A stretch of DNA of 63,312 bases, filler included, from Collodictyon triciliatum (Eukaryota), in NCBI GenBank assembly GCA_043381765.1. It is 5 parts of 5 records of this genome, joined end to end, with 100 filler letters (N's around TTAATTAATTAA, not from the genome) between each part and the next. Parts side by side here need not be neighbours in the genome. Positions count along the whole stretch, not along the records: positions 1 to 15,310 come from JBHJMP010001690.1; positions 15,411 to 28,151 come from JBHJMP010001691.1; 3 more parts are not named here. One strand, 5' to 3'. Below, in pieces: positions 12,201 to 24,968 of the stretch. Below the pieces are notes generated by a model, which saw nothing but the letters and a program-made list of their open reading frames with translations, searched no databases and was not told the origin of the DNA. The position numbers and the translations under genes are program-made. Within the stretch, counting starts at the first letter, position 1; each line of letters opens with the position of its first letter.

Positions 12201-14990
12201 TGTCTTATATAGGAAAACGGAGGCCTTATCGTCATTAAAGCAATCGCTGGATATTTTCATGTCTGCCCTGGGTGAAAATCATCCGAATGTTGTGGCCTGC
12301 AATGAGATGATTGGAGATATCAGCCATGATTTGAAGATGTATCTCTTTTTCATATATATATTGAATTGAAACAAAAATATATTTACTCGCTCATATTATC
12401 TTAGTTTTAAGGGTGCTCTGGAGGCGTATACAAAGGCGCTGGATATTCGCATGAGAACACTGGGTGAAAAGCATGCTGATTATGCGACTGCCCTTGAAAA
12501 TGTTGGCAGAACAAACTTTGAGCTTCAAAGGTGCATTTACATATTTATTAAAAAATCAAATTATTAAATTGAATATTGTAAAAAACAAACTACTCAATAC
12601 TAAATTTTAAATCAAGGTTGGACCAAGTCATTGAATACTTCCAGAAGGCTGCTATTATCAGGAAGGAGACAAATACTATAATGTCACTGAAAGATGGCCC
12701 GCAAATTGATAATGTTATCCGACTCATGAAGGATAAAAAGGAGCATGAAGCTGCCATTCAGCTTTACATTACGCTGATTCATCTATTCAGTAGACTTTTC
12801 GTCTTGGATTATCTTGGAATATGGAGCAGCTGTGAGAAAATCGATAACATTTACAAGGAACTGAAGCAACATAATGAAGCAGTGCCGTTCTGGGCTGATA
12901 TGAAAGATAGATTCGCTGATAAACTCGGATGGATTCACCCCAGAACATTGAACTCGTGCGAATACTTGTCCGTCCATTCAAAAGAAATCGGGGTCAACAA
13001 AGAGCCTGTCGAGTTTACAAGAGTCAAGGAATTCATCAGTGAAACTCTTGATGATGCAAAACTGGATGAAGAATGGAATCGTGAGCAAATCATCGCATCA
13101 TTATTCAGAATTGTCTACATGTCAAAGAAACATGAAAGCAAATCAAAGGCTGCATCTGATGCAATCACACTTTTGAATTTCATGAATGTTTTGTTTGGTG
13201 GAATGGATTTATCAAACATCAAAATTCCACATGCAAATCTCAGTAACTCAATCCTTGATGGTGCAAACCTCACTGGTGCCGACTTGGATGGTGTTGATTT
13301 CACGAATTCGATGCTTGGTGATTGCATTTTTGATAATGCAAATATGAATAATGTGAAATTCGGAATTCCTCATTATAAACTAGAAGGACATACAAATGAA
13401 GTCTGGAATGTTTGCGGTATTCAAGGGCCGAATGGCGAAAACTGGTTGGCTTCTGGAAGCAATGATAATACAATTTGTATTTGGGATGTAGCCACAGGGA
13501 ACCAACTGAGAATATTAGATGGGCATACAAGCGATGTCTGGAGTATCTGCAGTATTCAAGGACTGAATGGTGAAAACTGGTTGGCTTCTGGAGGCTGGGA
13601 TAAAACAATACGTATTTGGGATGTAGCCACAGGGAACCAACTGAGAATATTGGAAGAACATGCAACTGATATCTGGAGTGTTTGCCGTATTCAAGGACCG
13701 AATGGTGAAAATTGGTTGGCTTCTGGAGGTGGCGACAACACAATACGTATTTGGGATGTGGCCACAGGAAACCAAATCAAAACATTGAAAGGACATATGG
13801 GTGTTGTCAATAGCATTTGCAGTATTCAAGGGCCGAATGGCGAGAATTGGCTGGCTTCTGGAAGTGGTGATAAAACAATAAGTGTTTGGGATGTATCCAC
13901 AGGAAACCAAATTAAAATATTAAAAGGGCATGTCAAAGATGTCATTAGTATTTGCAGTCTTCAAGGACCGAATGGCGAAAATTGGTTGGCTTCTGGAAGT
14001 GGTGATAAAACAATACGTGTTTGGGATGTAGTTTCAGGAAATCTAATCAAAATATTCGAAGGGCATACAAATGATGTTATGAGTGTCTGTAGCATTCAAG
14101 GACCGAATGGTGAAAAGTGGCTGGCTTCTGGAAGTAATGATAAAACAATATGTATTTGGGATGCAACCACTGGAAACCAAATTAAAACTTTAGAAGGTCA
14201 TGAAAAACCAGTCATGAATGTTGGTATTATTAAAGGATCGAATGGTGAACATTGGCTGGCTTCTGGGAGTGAAGATAATAAAATACGTCTTTGGGATATG
14301 GCCACAAATACCCTAATCAAAACGTTAGAAAGACATATAGAGCGTATCACTAGTGTTTGTAGTATTCAAGGACCGAATGGTGAAAATTGGTTGGCTTCTG
14401 GAAGTGATGCTAAAACGATACGTATCTGGGATGTAGCCACAGGAAACCAAACACACAGCCTGCAAAAATCGGAAGTTACATTCGATGAGAAGAAACATTT
14501 GGTAAAGAAAGAAAATCCAGATGAAATAATTGCAGTATTCAACAGAACAAGTGATGCGATGAACATGATTGATACCAACAGAGTCCAAGATGCAAGAACA
14601 GTCCAGATTTCCAGCCCAGGAGAGTTGGAAGGCGGAAACATCCAAATCAGAAATGTCGCAAGATTGAGTCAATTCAACAAAACCCTTCTATTTTCAATCG
14701 GTGCTGTTTCTTTCGATGCGGACTTTGCTGCCTATTGTGAGCAGGGTGAAATCACAGCGTTTCAAGCTCAAATAATGGCTGAGTGCTATGAGAATGGATG
14801 GGGTGTTGAGAAGGACAGCGATAAATCAGCTGAGTGGAGGCAGATTGCAGAGAACTTTGAAAATGATAATGATAGTGATGAAGAATACGAAGACGAACAC
14901 GAGGATGGAGATGGAAATGAAGATGGAAATGACGATGGAGATGACGATGGAGATGACGATGGAGATGACGATGGAGATGATCTGATCTGA
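6297..14990 (+). CDS. NLR/STAND-like protein: calponin-homology-like - DUF4062 - NACHT/NPHP3-like P-loop NTPase - TPR repeats - pentapeptide repeats - 8x WD40 - single Sel1-like motif - acidic tail
   Basis: ATG at 6297. CH-like segment AVLEWVNHHL..NIRDDFMDGFFLAMLIDAVTG. DUF4062 segment IRVFLSSTFRDMQQERD..FIDLRWGL..PYFVCSLGARYGWIP. Walker A AESGIGKSS (about 8847-8873), Walker B FVFLIDAINQ (about 9378-9407) and GHPLYLRIILDEVRVFG. TPR exons span 11299-12530. The terminal exon 12617-14990 is the 790-aa ORF, joined in phase 2. Confidence 0.88.
13380..14459 (+). repeat. Eight tandem 135-nt (45-aa) highly similar WD40 repeats
   Basis: Consensus L.GH...V.S(V/I)CSIQGPNGENWLASGS.DKTIRIWDVATGNQIK.; exact 135-nt period from 13380 to 14459. 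Confidence 0.97.
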
Positions 14991-15187
14991 ATTAATACGA
15001 AAATCGCATCTTAAAAAGGTAAGAAATATCAATAAACTCACAAAAATTATATGCTTTCAACTATAATCATTTTAGATAGATACTTCATGAAGTTTTTCAA
15101 GCTGATAAGATCGCTTTTTCTAGGAGAGGTTCATGGAAACAAAATTAACTCTAAATAAAACCACACCTTATCAAAGTGGATTTGAAA

Positions 15188-15310
15188 TCTTCTTTTCTTA
15201 TCTTCTTTTCTTATCTTCTTTTCTTATCTTCTTTTCTTATCTTCTTTTCTTATCTTCTTTTCTTATCTTCTTTTCTTATCTTCTTTTCTTATCTTCTTTT
15301 CTTATCTTCT
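15188..15310. repeat. 13-mer tandem repeat (TCTTCTTTTCTTA)n abutting an assembly spacer
   Basis: About 9 direct copies. Confidence 0.9.
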
Positions 15311-15410
15311 NNNNNNNNNNNNNNNNNNNNNNNNNNNNNNNNNNNNNNNNNNNNTTAATTAATTAANNNNNNNNNNNNNNNNNNNNNNNNNNNNNNNNNN
15401 NNNNNNNNNN
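15311..15410. other. Artificial assembly spacer (44 N + TTAATTAATTAA + 44 N)
   Basis: The identical 100-nt structure recurs at 28152-28251, 37634-37733 and 60447-60546; the core has stop codons in all six frames. Confidence 0.97.
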
Positions 15411-15584
15411 ATTCTAAATATTTTTTAAATTATTTTTTTTTTTTTTTTAGGGTCAGTAAGTTTTTTTTTTTTTTTTTTTTTTTTGCTTTTTGAGTTTCTT
15501 TCCGGTAAAAATCGATATCATTTACATAGCTAAGCACGCTATTGCCTTGACATTTATGTTTATTTAAATTATAATGCGAATAAT

Positions 15585-18500
15585 TTACGATACCAGTTTT
15601 AAGAATCTCTTCAGGTGCCCCAGATTCCTGAATGAATATGAAGGAATAAATTTTAATGGCATATGTTTTACAGTATAATATTAATCCTCTTTAACTCGAT
15701 ATTATCTCTTCCATACTTACACCCCCTATAATTATGGTGCTTTTTTCGTTACTATTTTTTTCCAGGGGATTATTTTCAACATTCTGTTCGTTGTGGTCGT
15801 CTGAATCAGGATTAGCATTCGGTGCACCAGCTTCATCCTTTAAAAGTAGAGTTAGCTCCTTCATGTGCTATCTTAAAAAAACAACTAAAACACCTTTGGA
15901 GGCGTATTATGGATTTAAATCTGGAGAAGTCGATTACTAATTTCCCAAAATCTATACGGGAGCCAATCAAACCACTTTCCTCGACCATTTGAATTAAGAA
16001 TAAACGGTCTTTCCGGTACTTTCTTTCCTCTAAAAGTGGCGCCAGTCAGTTTTGCTTTGATAATTACTGCAGCTATACTTGTTTATGACTATCGTGATAT
16101 TCCATAAAAAAAAAACCTTGTTTTAGTTGCAGTCGGAGACTTTTGACTTCAAGCCCCGACTCACTTTTCAGAGCAGTGATTTGTTTTTGGAGAGATATCT
16201 TTTCTGCTCTTAGAACTTCGATAGAAGTTGCTAATTGAAATCACAGAGTCCTTGGTTAGTAAAGCAGCATATCATTTATGAGCATTTATGGATTGAAATA
16301 TGTCAATGGATAGGGTAAGATTGGACGAATAAAACAAAGAAGAGGTATGGTCTTTCAAACCTGATTTTTCTGCATTAGATCTATGAAGGAAAATGAAAAG
16401 TTCAATCATAAAATCAGCAATACAATGAAACATGTGTGGATATTGGTGTATATACAAATATAAAGGAAACTTGAGCTCATTATTCTGCTTCGTTAGATTC
16501 TCTATCTCATCAGCCAACCGAGAACTCTATATGAACCGATGGTTTGAGAAGAATTATAATCGACTCAGTGCTTTTTTTTTTTTAATAATTCATATAAATT
16601 ACCATTTCCTGCTCCGTTATTTTTCCAAGAGCCTATGAACAATTAGAAATAATTAGGACGGCAATCCCAAATTTTACTATTAAAAACTCACCATTCTTTC
16701 AGCATATATTTTCATGCCTTCTACTTTTTCTCTGAGAAATACCTGGATTGAAAAAAAAGTGATATTGTTTGCTTTAAAAGGATTTTTCAAAGTTTCTAAG
16801 AAGAGTTTGATACAATTTAATCAGGAAAAAAACAACAACTTAAAACATAGGGGATGCAAGATCTTTGAATGAATGTCTAATTGACATGTATTCTGGATAT
16901 TCAAAACCTCATCATCCAATTCTCTATATATAAACTGTTGAAAAGAAACAAAAAAAAAACCTCCTGATCCAAAAAACTTTGCGACCGAGGAAGCATGTTT
17001 GGTCCAACAAGGTGAATGCCACGCGAATTTTTACTAGTATGACCAATCATTTCATCCCTCCTAATTTCAAGATAGCTGTTAAGAATCGAAAATCTGTTTT
17101 CTGATTCTTTGATGCTCAGCGTTGCTCCTGTTTGTGAGGCAGAGGAAGAAAAAAAGAAGTGAATAGTGAGTAGGTCGTCTGATTTTACTATATAGCAATA
17201 TTTCAAAAAAAATTCAAAAAAAACCTAGTATATCCGCAGATAATTTCCCTACAAGTTCAGTGGCAGCAAGGACTTTCTGTTTGATTTCTCTTTCGGTGTG
17301 GTTGGAAGTTTGATTTGAAGATTAGTTCATTAGAATGTTATTGTAACAGTAACTATTTCATACGGAAAGAGTCTCTCTCTTTCTTTTTTTTTTAGGGGGA
17401 AATGAAATAATAGAATTACTCATTTGCGTCAGGGTCTTCTTGTTGAGCAGAAAATAGCTGTGCATAACACACTATATTATAAATATGCTCAAATGAAAAA
17501 TAAATATGTAAACTGAAACTTTTCTCATTCTTTTGAGTCGTTAAATTCGAAGGTAAGAAAAAGCATTCAAACATTTGAACACTCACATTCCAATATATTT
17601 GAATGGAGGGCCATGATTCTTTGCTTGGATGATTTTATCATTGACGAAAGGCCATCAAACGACGCTCTGTAAATATCTAGCTGTAATACGAATCCATAAA
17701 AATTGAATGCAATTAAACTTTCTTTAGAAAACCAATGTAAAAATTAGGCCGTGATAGACTCTATTGTTCGATTCGATGTAAGAATTCATTATAAAGATTA
17801 CATCATGACTCAGGCCTTCCTCGACCAATACATTTTCCTCAGCGTCATCTTCCAGCCTCCGATTCAGCGAATCGACGATGGAAAACCTTTTATTTTTGAA
17901 CCAGGAGAATTGAGAAATTCGTTCAGGAATAGAACTATGACTAATGTCAGAGTGTGATTACCATTTGTTAAGAGTTTCCATGACTTGATGTCTGTCGCAA
18001 AACCTGCTTTCAACATTTCCTAACAACTTGATTGTATTTTCTAATGAAGGATCAATTAAAATAGCTCAGGTTACCGAGTCCAACGTGACATACACATACT
18101 GAAATAAAACACATCCCAGGTTATTCTAGGAGGCTGCATATGAAACGAACCTTTGGTGGCATCGATACTTCTCATTACATTTCCCTGAACTGATGTGTCA
18201 ATATCATCTCCATCTACCTCATAAGTTGCCAGCATCGACTTTTCATACTCTGACAATACCCTTTACATATCAATTTAGTCTATGCGTTGGTTCAAATCAA
18301 GAGAAAAAATCATGCAAACAACTAATTGTCTGATAAAATAGATGTATTCAAGGGCGCGGCATCTTTTCAGATGAAACAATTTCGACCGAGACATTTATTT
18401 CATGTGTGTCTTAATCAAAGGTACTCGATTATTCTTACCGAGTAACTCGCGTTTGAATCTCGCCAAGAGTTTTTGATGCCTCACGAGCTGCATTCAACCT

Positions 18501-19990
18501 AAAATTCTTAGTTTCATGCGGGACAATTATTATATGATTTTTGGAAGAAGAAAAAAAAAGCTCATCAACAGCATGATTCTATGAAAAAGAAAAATGATAC
18601 ATTTCCAGTTATATGGTAGGTTAAGAATTCGCCTCCCAATTGATTCGGTACATACCGACTCCTGTATGCGGCGATGTCTAGTATCTGCGAAGGGGCTTCC
18701 AAGATTTGGTCTCTGCGCAGCTGTTGGAGAAGACATAAAGTGAAAGCCATTCGTCCCGATCAGATCAGTCGGACTCTGAAGCACCGGTGGAAATGATAGG
18801 GTTGTGCGGGCCACTTCTGTTTGCTTTCCAGATGTCGCATTCTGATTCACTCTGAAATGTTGTGAGATACATACCAAGTAAGGTTTATTCCTTTGCATAT
18901 TTCGATAAGTTATGAGTTGAACAAGAACCAGCGAAAGAAATAATGATACTTGACACAGTGATATGAATCAATAAATAAAATAAAATGAGTACACATGCTT
19001 CTTGGGCGGAGATATCATTTACAGGATATTTTGTATGAAACAAAAATTGACTGGTATAGGATATTTAACTTACGCGATGTGGAGTGAATTGATTTTCTTT
19101 CCGCTAGCCACAGGAGGCAGGACAGATGATTTATTGGCGATGATCTATATTTGTTCGAGTTTTATTTTTGTTTTTTTGAAAGAAACAAAAAAATTTGGGA
19201 AAAAACACTAGAGATGAAAATAAGAAAGAAATCGGAGTCAGATAGCACTGAGAACCTTTTGTGGAGGCGAGCTACCCGACGAAACCCAACTTTGCTTCAC
19301 TAGAACTAATATAAAAGAGCGAATAACATAGTACAATTCAACTTAGATTTATTCATCACAGTCTCACTTTAAATCAGCAAGGATGTTGATATCTCATGAA
19401 GCAATCGGTTAATTATCATCAACATACATACATACATACATACATACATACATACATACATACATACATACNNNNNNNNNNNNNNNNNNNNNNNNNNNNN
19501 NNNNNNNNNNNNNNNNNNNNNNNNNNNACCCACGAATCATACCCCCAAACAATCATGCAATCATATTCATACAAACGAGTGTACTCAAGAGCAAACCCTG
19601 GCGCGCAGTTGCAGGAAACTCAGGTCTGAACAACGTGGGAGACTGACTCGCAACAAACACAGCAGAGTCCTTTGGCAGAGGAACAGACTGGCTTCGAAAC
19701 GGGACAAAGGAAGCGGATGATTTGCTGGACTGTGTTGCGGAGCTGATTGCAGGCAGCTTGTCAGACTCTGCCTTTGTCCTTGCGTGTTGGATGCGAGCGA
19801 CTTCGGCATCGTTTTCGTGTTCGGTTCTTTGGCCGACTCGTGCGGGCGACTCGCCTGAAGTGAAGTGGACTTCTCTGTGGGGCGGACGATCGCCGGCTGC
19901 GTCTGTGTCTTTGTGAGTCCGCAGAACCGAGCGCCGATTTGTGCCGGGCAGAGACGCTGCCGCTTCGTGGTTGCGGTCGGTTGTGTGCAT
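15585..19990 (-). CDS. Hypothetical multi-exon protein with a low-complexity N-terminus and C-terminal coiled coil (boundaries approximate; may be 3'-truncated by the spacer)
   Basis: Minus-strand AG/GT-bounded exon-like segments include MHTTDRNHEAAASL.., SEYEKSMLATYEVDGDDID.., SQSFLDQE|VFLREKVEGMKIYAERM and ADEIENLTKQNNELK. No family recognised. Confidence 0.55.
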
Positions 19991-20388
19991 CTGCGCTCGT
20001 CTTCGCCTGCTTTGTGAGGCTGCGCAAAGGAAAACTCCGTCGCTAGAATTCGTTGCAAAGTAGAGACGAATGACCCCAAACAGTGATTCGGGCACGGATT
20101 AAAATCGCGGAGGCCGGTTGAAACGGAGTGACTCATTTATATTATCAGTTTGTTGTTCGTTGTTCCTTCCTTCTTTTTTTTTTTTTTTTTTTTAATCATT
20201 TCTTTTAATTGCTTTTTTTTTCTTTTTTTTATTTTCTTCGTTCTGTTTTTCGTCTCTCTTAGCTCATTTGCTCTTGCTCTTTCTCTTTTTTGTTTGGCTG
20301 TTAACTGGTGTTTGCGTAAGGGAGTTGAATATTGTCCTCGTGTCTCTGACTCTTTTTTTTTTCTTTTCTCCCTTTCTCCGCCTAGCAG

Positions 20389-23334
20389 ATGTCAGTGATA
20401 CGCTCGTTGGTGAGTAAAAAAAAGAAGCGATTCCAGGACAAGGGATACGACCTTGATCTTTCCTGTAAGTTGACGGCCTTCTTAGTCAATCGCTTCTATT
20501 TGGACACACTTTGCTCTTTCGTGCCTTGTTGAAAAAGAGAACTTATCGCTGGCGTCCGCCAATCCTTGATCTTACAATAACATCGCAGACGTGACAGACC
20601 GCATCATAGCCATGGGGTTCCCAGCGGAAAAGATGGAAGGAATATATAGAAACAGAAGAGAAGAAGTCGTCCGGTGCGCTTTTTTTTACAATGCTTTTAT
20701 TCTTGCTTCATTGCCTCATTGCTTCATTGCTTCATTGCTTCATTGCTTCATTGCCTAGATTTCTGGAAGAGATGCACAGAGACCACTACAAAATATACAA
20801 TCTGTAAATCAAATCATCATAGTTTCTTTCTCTTTTTTTTCAGTGACAAGTAGGAATGTTTTTTGCCTCGTATTTCTTCCAATATAAATTCAAACCAAAC
20901 TTTTGGATGTGATAATAGATGCTCCGAGAGGCACTACGATCCTTACTTCTTTCACAACCGTGGTATGTTGAATTTATTCCAGTAATATCGTTCGAAACCA
21001 TACAATTAATTGGGTTTACTCATGAAATATCTGTATACGCAGTCTATATATCTCTGTATTCTCCCACCAGCTTTGTTCACAGGGTTTCTTTGTTGAATAC
21101 ACCCAGTTGCACGATTCCCATTCGACGATCATAACGTCCCACCATTCGACCTCATAGCCAGCTTCTGCAAGGATATGGTGAATAGAAAAATAAAAGGAGA
21201 ACCAACCCTTCTTTAAATGCATGATAAAGTAACTTTGTCAGAACTGTTGCTGAGAAAAAATGAATATATCCTTTGTAAATCTTATTATCTATCCCGGGCA
21301 TTTATTATCACAGGATGAATACTTTGACGAACATCCAGACAACATAGCCGTGGTGCACTGCAAAGCCGGAAAAGGTCGCACTGGACTCATGATTAGTGCA
21401 TATATGCTTCATTCAAAACAGTGGAACACCGCCTACGAAGCATTACAGTTCTTTGCTGTGAATAGGACAGATGATCTGAAGGTACGTGTATTGATTGTTT
21501 TCGCATTCTTCTGTGCAGTTTATTCCGTGTATTCCGTTAGCGTCTGAAATGAAAGAGGATGAATGAGCGAAACAGAACATTTGCATGGCTATAGGGCGTT
21601 ACGATACCCAGTCAAAAGAGATATGTGCACTACTTTGAGCAATTTACAAAAGATAGGACTTATTTCAGTCCAAAGTATGAGCTCAAGGCCATTCGCTTTC
21701 ACTCTGTTCCTATGTTCGACTATAAAGGCTCATGCGGTATGCGTTTTCTTGAAAGCATCAACGACTACAAAAACAACGCCATACCAACCAACACACTTTC
21801 CCTTGATGACAAAATGCCATTAACATCATAACCATTTGCATCATTAGATGCGTGGTTCAAAATCAAGCTAATGAAAGAACTTGTATACAGCTCCAAATAC
21901 TCAGTATTGAATTATTTGTTTATTTGTTGGTGTATTTATTGATGTCATTTTTATTTAATAAAAAGTTTCTTTTCTACGGAAATCAGCTTTAATATTCAAA
22001 TGAACGTTATAAATAATGATAAGGGAACCATATGTAAGTTTTTAAATCGATTTTATTTCACTTAATCAATTCAGATTCGCCCGGTTATTGACCAGGAAAA
22101 GGATGTTATGGAGTTTGCTGTGGATAATTTAGTGATTTATGGGGATGTCAAGATGGAATTTTACCATCGAGAAACATTCTCCAGTGTATAATATACCATA
22201 TCTTTTGTATTTTCTAGCATATTCATATAGACCAATTAATACTGTCACAACAACTTCAAAACAATTATTCAATCATTAATGCCTCCGAATTCAGCAATAT
22301 TCGATCAGCACGGTTCTGTTTGGGAAAACATACTGATGGCCTTGATTTATCATTGCAGATTGAGATGTTTCACTTTTGGTTCAACACAAAATTCGTTGAT
22401 CCCAATGACGCGTATTTTACCCGAGAACAACTTGACCGTGCCCACAAAGAAAAACGAAAGAAGCATTTCAAGGTATTATTTCATTAGCATGGATTTTTCG
22501 ATTGTCCTACAAAGAAAAAGAATGACTTTACACTTGTTATTCAGCTAAAGCAAATACGTATATATTGGCGAAACTCTAAATGACTGGAGACTTCTTTTTT
22601 TTTTTTTTTGTCGGTGGTTTTTTTTTTGTATATATTTGTGTATGTTGTTTGTGGTTTTCCGCTTACATACTTGAATTTCACTTAATATTTTTTATGGTTG
22701 TAATCACAGCCAAACTTCCGACTCGAACTTGTTCTGAATTTGATTGGAATTGAGGACGAGACGATGAGCCGGATGGGGTATTGAGTTATTCCACAGCTCA
22801 ATCTGAGAATTAATCGTTGTGTTTGATCAAAGAAGAAATAAGCTGATATAGCCCACTTTACAAACAACCAAAGTCACATCAGCCCCGAAGTGAGCCGTTA
22901 CGAGCAGACTGTAGATGCTTTATCTGTGTCTCATGACAGTGACAAAACCTCCTTACGAAACCAAGAAATCAGCCGCCTCTTCCGAAACATGAAGCCCAGA
23001 GGGAGCATAGTCACAACTCTCAACCAAGAGCCCGAGCAGAACGAAATGCAGGGAGTATGTGTCGAACACGTTATTTTCATTTGCTATGACTCGACCTGGG
23101 TCCTTCCATATGTTTATTTTTCCAATTTTCACTTGTCATCCGTTCATATGGTTGTCGTGTGTTTGGCGGATGGAATTTCCGGGTGAAATTCTGCAGTATG
23201 ACGACGAGGAGGATTTGATGGCCTTCTGCGGTGCAGAGGCGAACCTGATGGGCACAGCGACGATGGAAGAGATGACGCTTCATGCAGCAGATTATTCGGT
23301 CGAATGCACAGATGACTTACTTTTGGAGGTTTGA
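20389..23334 (+). CDS. PTEN: PTEN-family phosphatidylinositol 3-phosphatase (phosphatase + C2 domain), multi-exon
   Basis: MSVIRSLVSKKKKRFQDKGYDLDLSY, IIAMGFPAE, FPFDDHNVP, catalytic HCKAGKGRTG and GVTIPSQKRYVHYF. The C2 domain has GDVKMEF and MFHFWFNT. Confidence 0.95.
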
Positions 23335-23862
23335 ACTGTTCAAAGGATGAGTAATCTGTTGACGGAATTGCTCTGGCTCCTCTTTTCTTTTCTTTTCTTT
23401 TCTTGTTAATCAAGATTGTTGGCATTCTAAAGGGGATTCAGGATGTATCTGCTTTGGAAATCACACACGATTCACTCGAAGAGCTTCAGGTATAAGCTAT
23501 ATCCAGAAAGCTGCACACTTCTTTTCTTCTTTTCATTCTTATTATTTCTCAGCCCTCTTTCCCTCTCCCATCTCGTCTGTGCTCTAAGGGTATCACGGGC
23601 GATGCCACTCACACGCTTTTCGACAGAATACAAGGTTTCGTTCGGCCTCGGACCGGATGCTCATCTCTTCTGTCGACCAGTATATCCTGCCGCACGCAAG
23701 CAATCCGGAGCAAATTGTCCACCTTGCGAATGTTCTGAAGCAGCAATCAGAGACAATCATGTAACCATCAAACAAAAAACCCGACTCGTTTCTGTGTGGT
23801 GATTGTGCATCTGCTGTCTTCCACTCTACCCTTCATTTTTTTTTTTTTTTTTTTTTTTTTTT

Positions 23863-23915
<53 letters not shown>

Positions 23916-23995
23916 GAATGTCGTTTCTGTTATTATATTGTTATTTTTTTTTTCCTTTTTATGGTGCACACAATACTCATGAGAACCAGAAATCA

Positions 23996-24006
23996 CAACA
24001 ACAACT

Positions 24007-24084
<78 letters not shown>
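23996..24084. repeat. (CAA)n microsatellite preceded by a long poly-T tract (23836-23912)
   Basis: Seen directly. Confidence 0.9.
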
Positions 24085-24085
<1 letters not shown>

Positions 24086-24099
24086 ATACAAAAATAACA

Positions 24100-24968
24100 A
24101 TGAAAATTGAACCGAAACAAAGGCGGCGCATCGCAAAGCCAAGCCAGAGCGCAAATGGGCCGGAGAAGAAGAGACTTTTGGACGCCGAAAACTGGTGTAA
24201 ATGCATGCTTGAAATCACCCGCGTGAGTACACCATCTGCCTCCAAAGGACTGAACTCAATTGCCTACCCTGTTTATTCAATTCGTTGATATTTTTCTTTC
24301 CTTTGAGAGCACACACAACCGAATCCAACAGCACAAATGGCACGATATAATATAATGCGAGATTATCCGAGTAGGAAAAAAAAAAGAATAGTTGTTAGCA
24401 GAGCGAGATACTGGTATTTTGTGTGGTTTGTGGAGGTTAAAACTCAGCTGAATGGAGCCGAGCCGCCCTCTCCTCAGGCTTTTTTTTCTCTTCTCTTACC
24501 TGCTTTTCCTCTCCGCATCGTCGCTCTTGGCCGCGTCTGCAGATGATGCAGAGGAGACTGAAGAAGCACCGCATCGGCGCTGCCGTCCACTTTGAGACAT
24601 TCGCACTGCCGGTCAAGGCGGACGAGGACGAGGACGACGAGGAGGACGAAGCAGAGGAGGGCGAGGCGTCTGTCAGCGAGCGAATCCAGCTGTGCCTGCA
24701 GGAGGGCGACAAGGTCCTCACTCCTTTGATTGCGTGTCTCTGATTGCTGTGATGCGTCTGCCTGTTTGCCATCCCCTCGCGAATGCCGAGAGGGCGGGCC
24801 ATGTGGCCGGCTGAGTCAGGCGTCTTCTCACCCACGCGGCCTCAGATTCACAGGGAAATCGATGCCAACCTGCGCGCTCTCCATGCTTTCATCCGCCCGC
24901 ACGAGACTCCGCTCATCACCGTGAAGATCATTGTGGGCGTTGCCTTGTCCACGAACCAGCTTTCGTGA
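24100..24968 (+). CDS. Small hypothetical 3-exon protein with an acidic tract
   Basis: MKIEPKQRRR..MLEITR|gtgagt, cag|MMQRRLKK..EGDK|gt, and cag|IHREIDANLR..NQLS* all join in phase 0. No family recognised. Confidence 0.5.

Noticed and set aside
13380-14459. Regularly spaced DNA repeats resembling a CRISPR-like array
   Set aside because: The period is 135 nt, in frame and protein coding (WD40); there are no unique spacers or cas genes, and the context is eukaryotic.
15355-15366. TTAATTAATTAA as a piggyBac TTAA site or biological palindrome
   Set aside because: Always centred in 44+44 N; it is an assembly linker.
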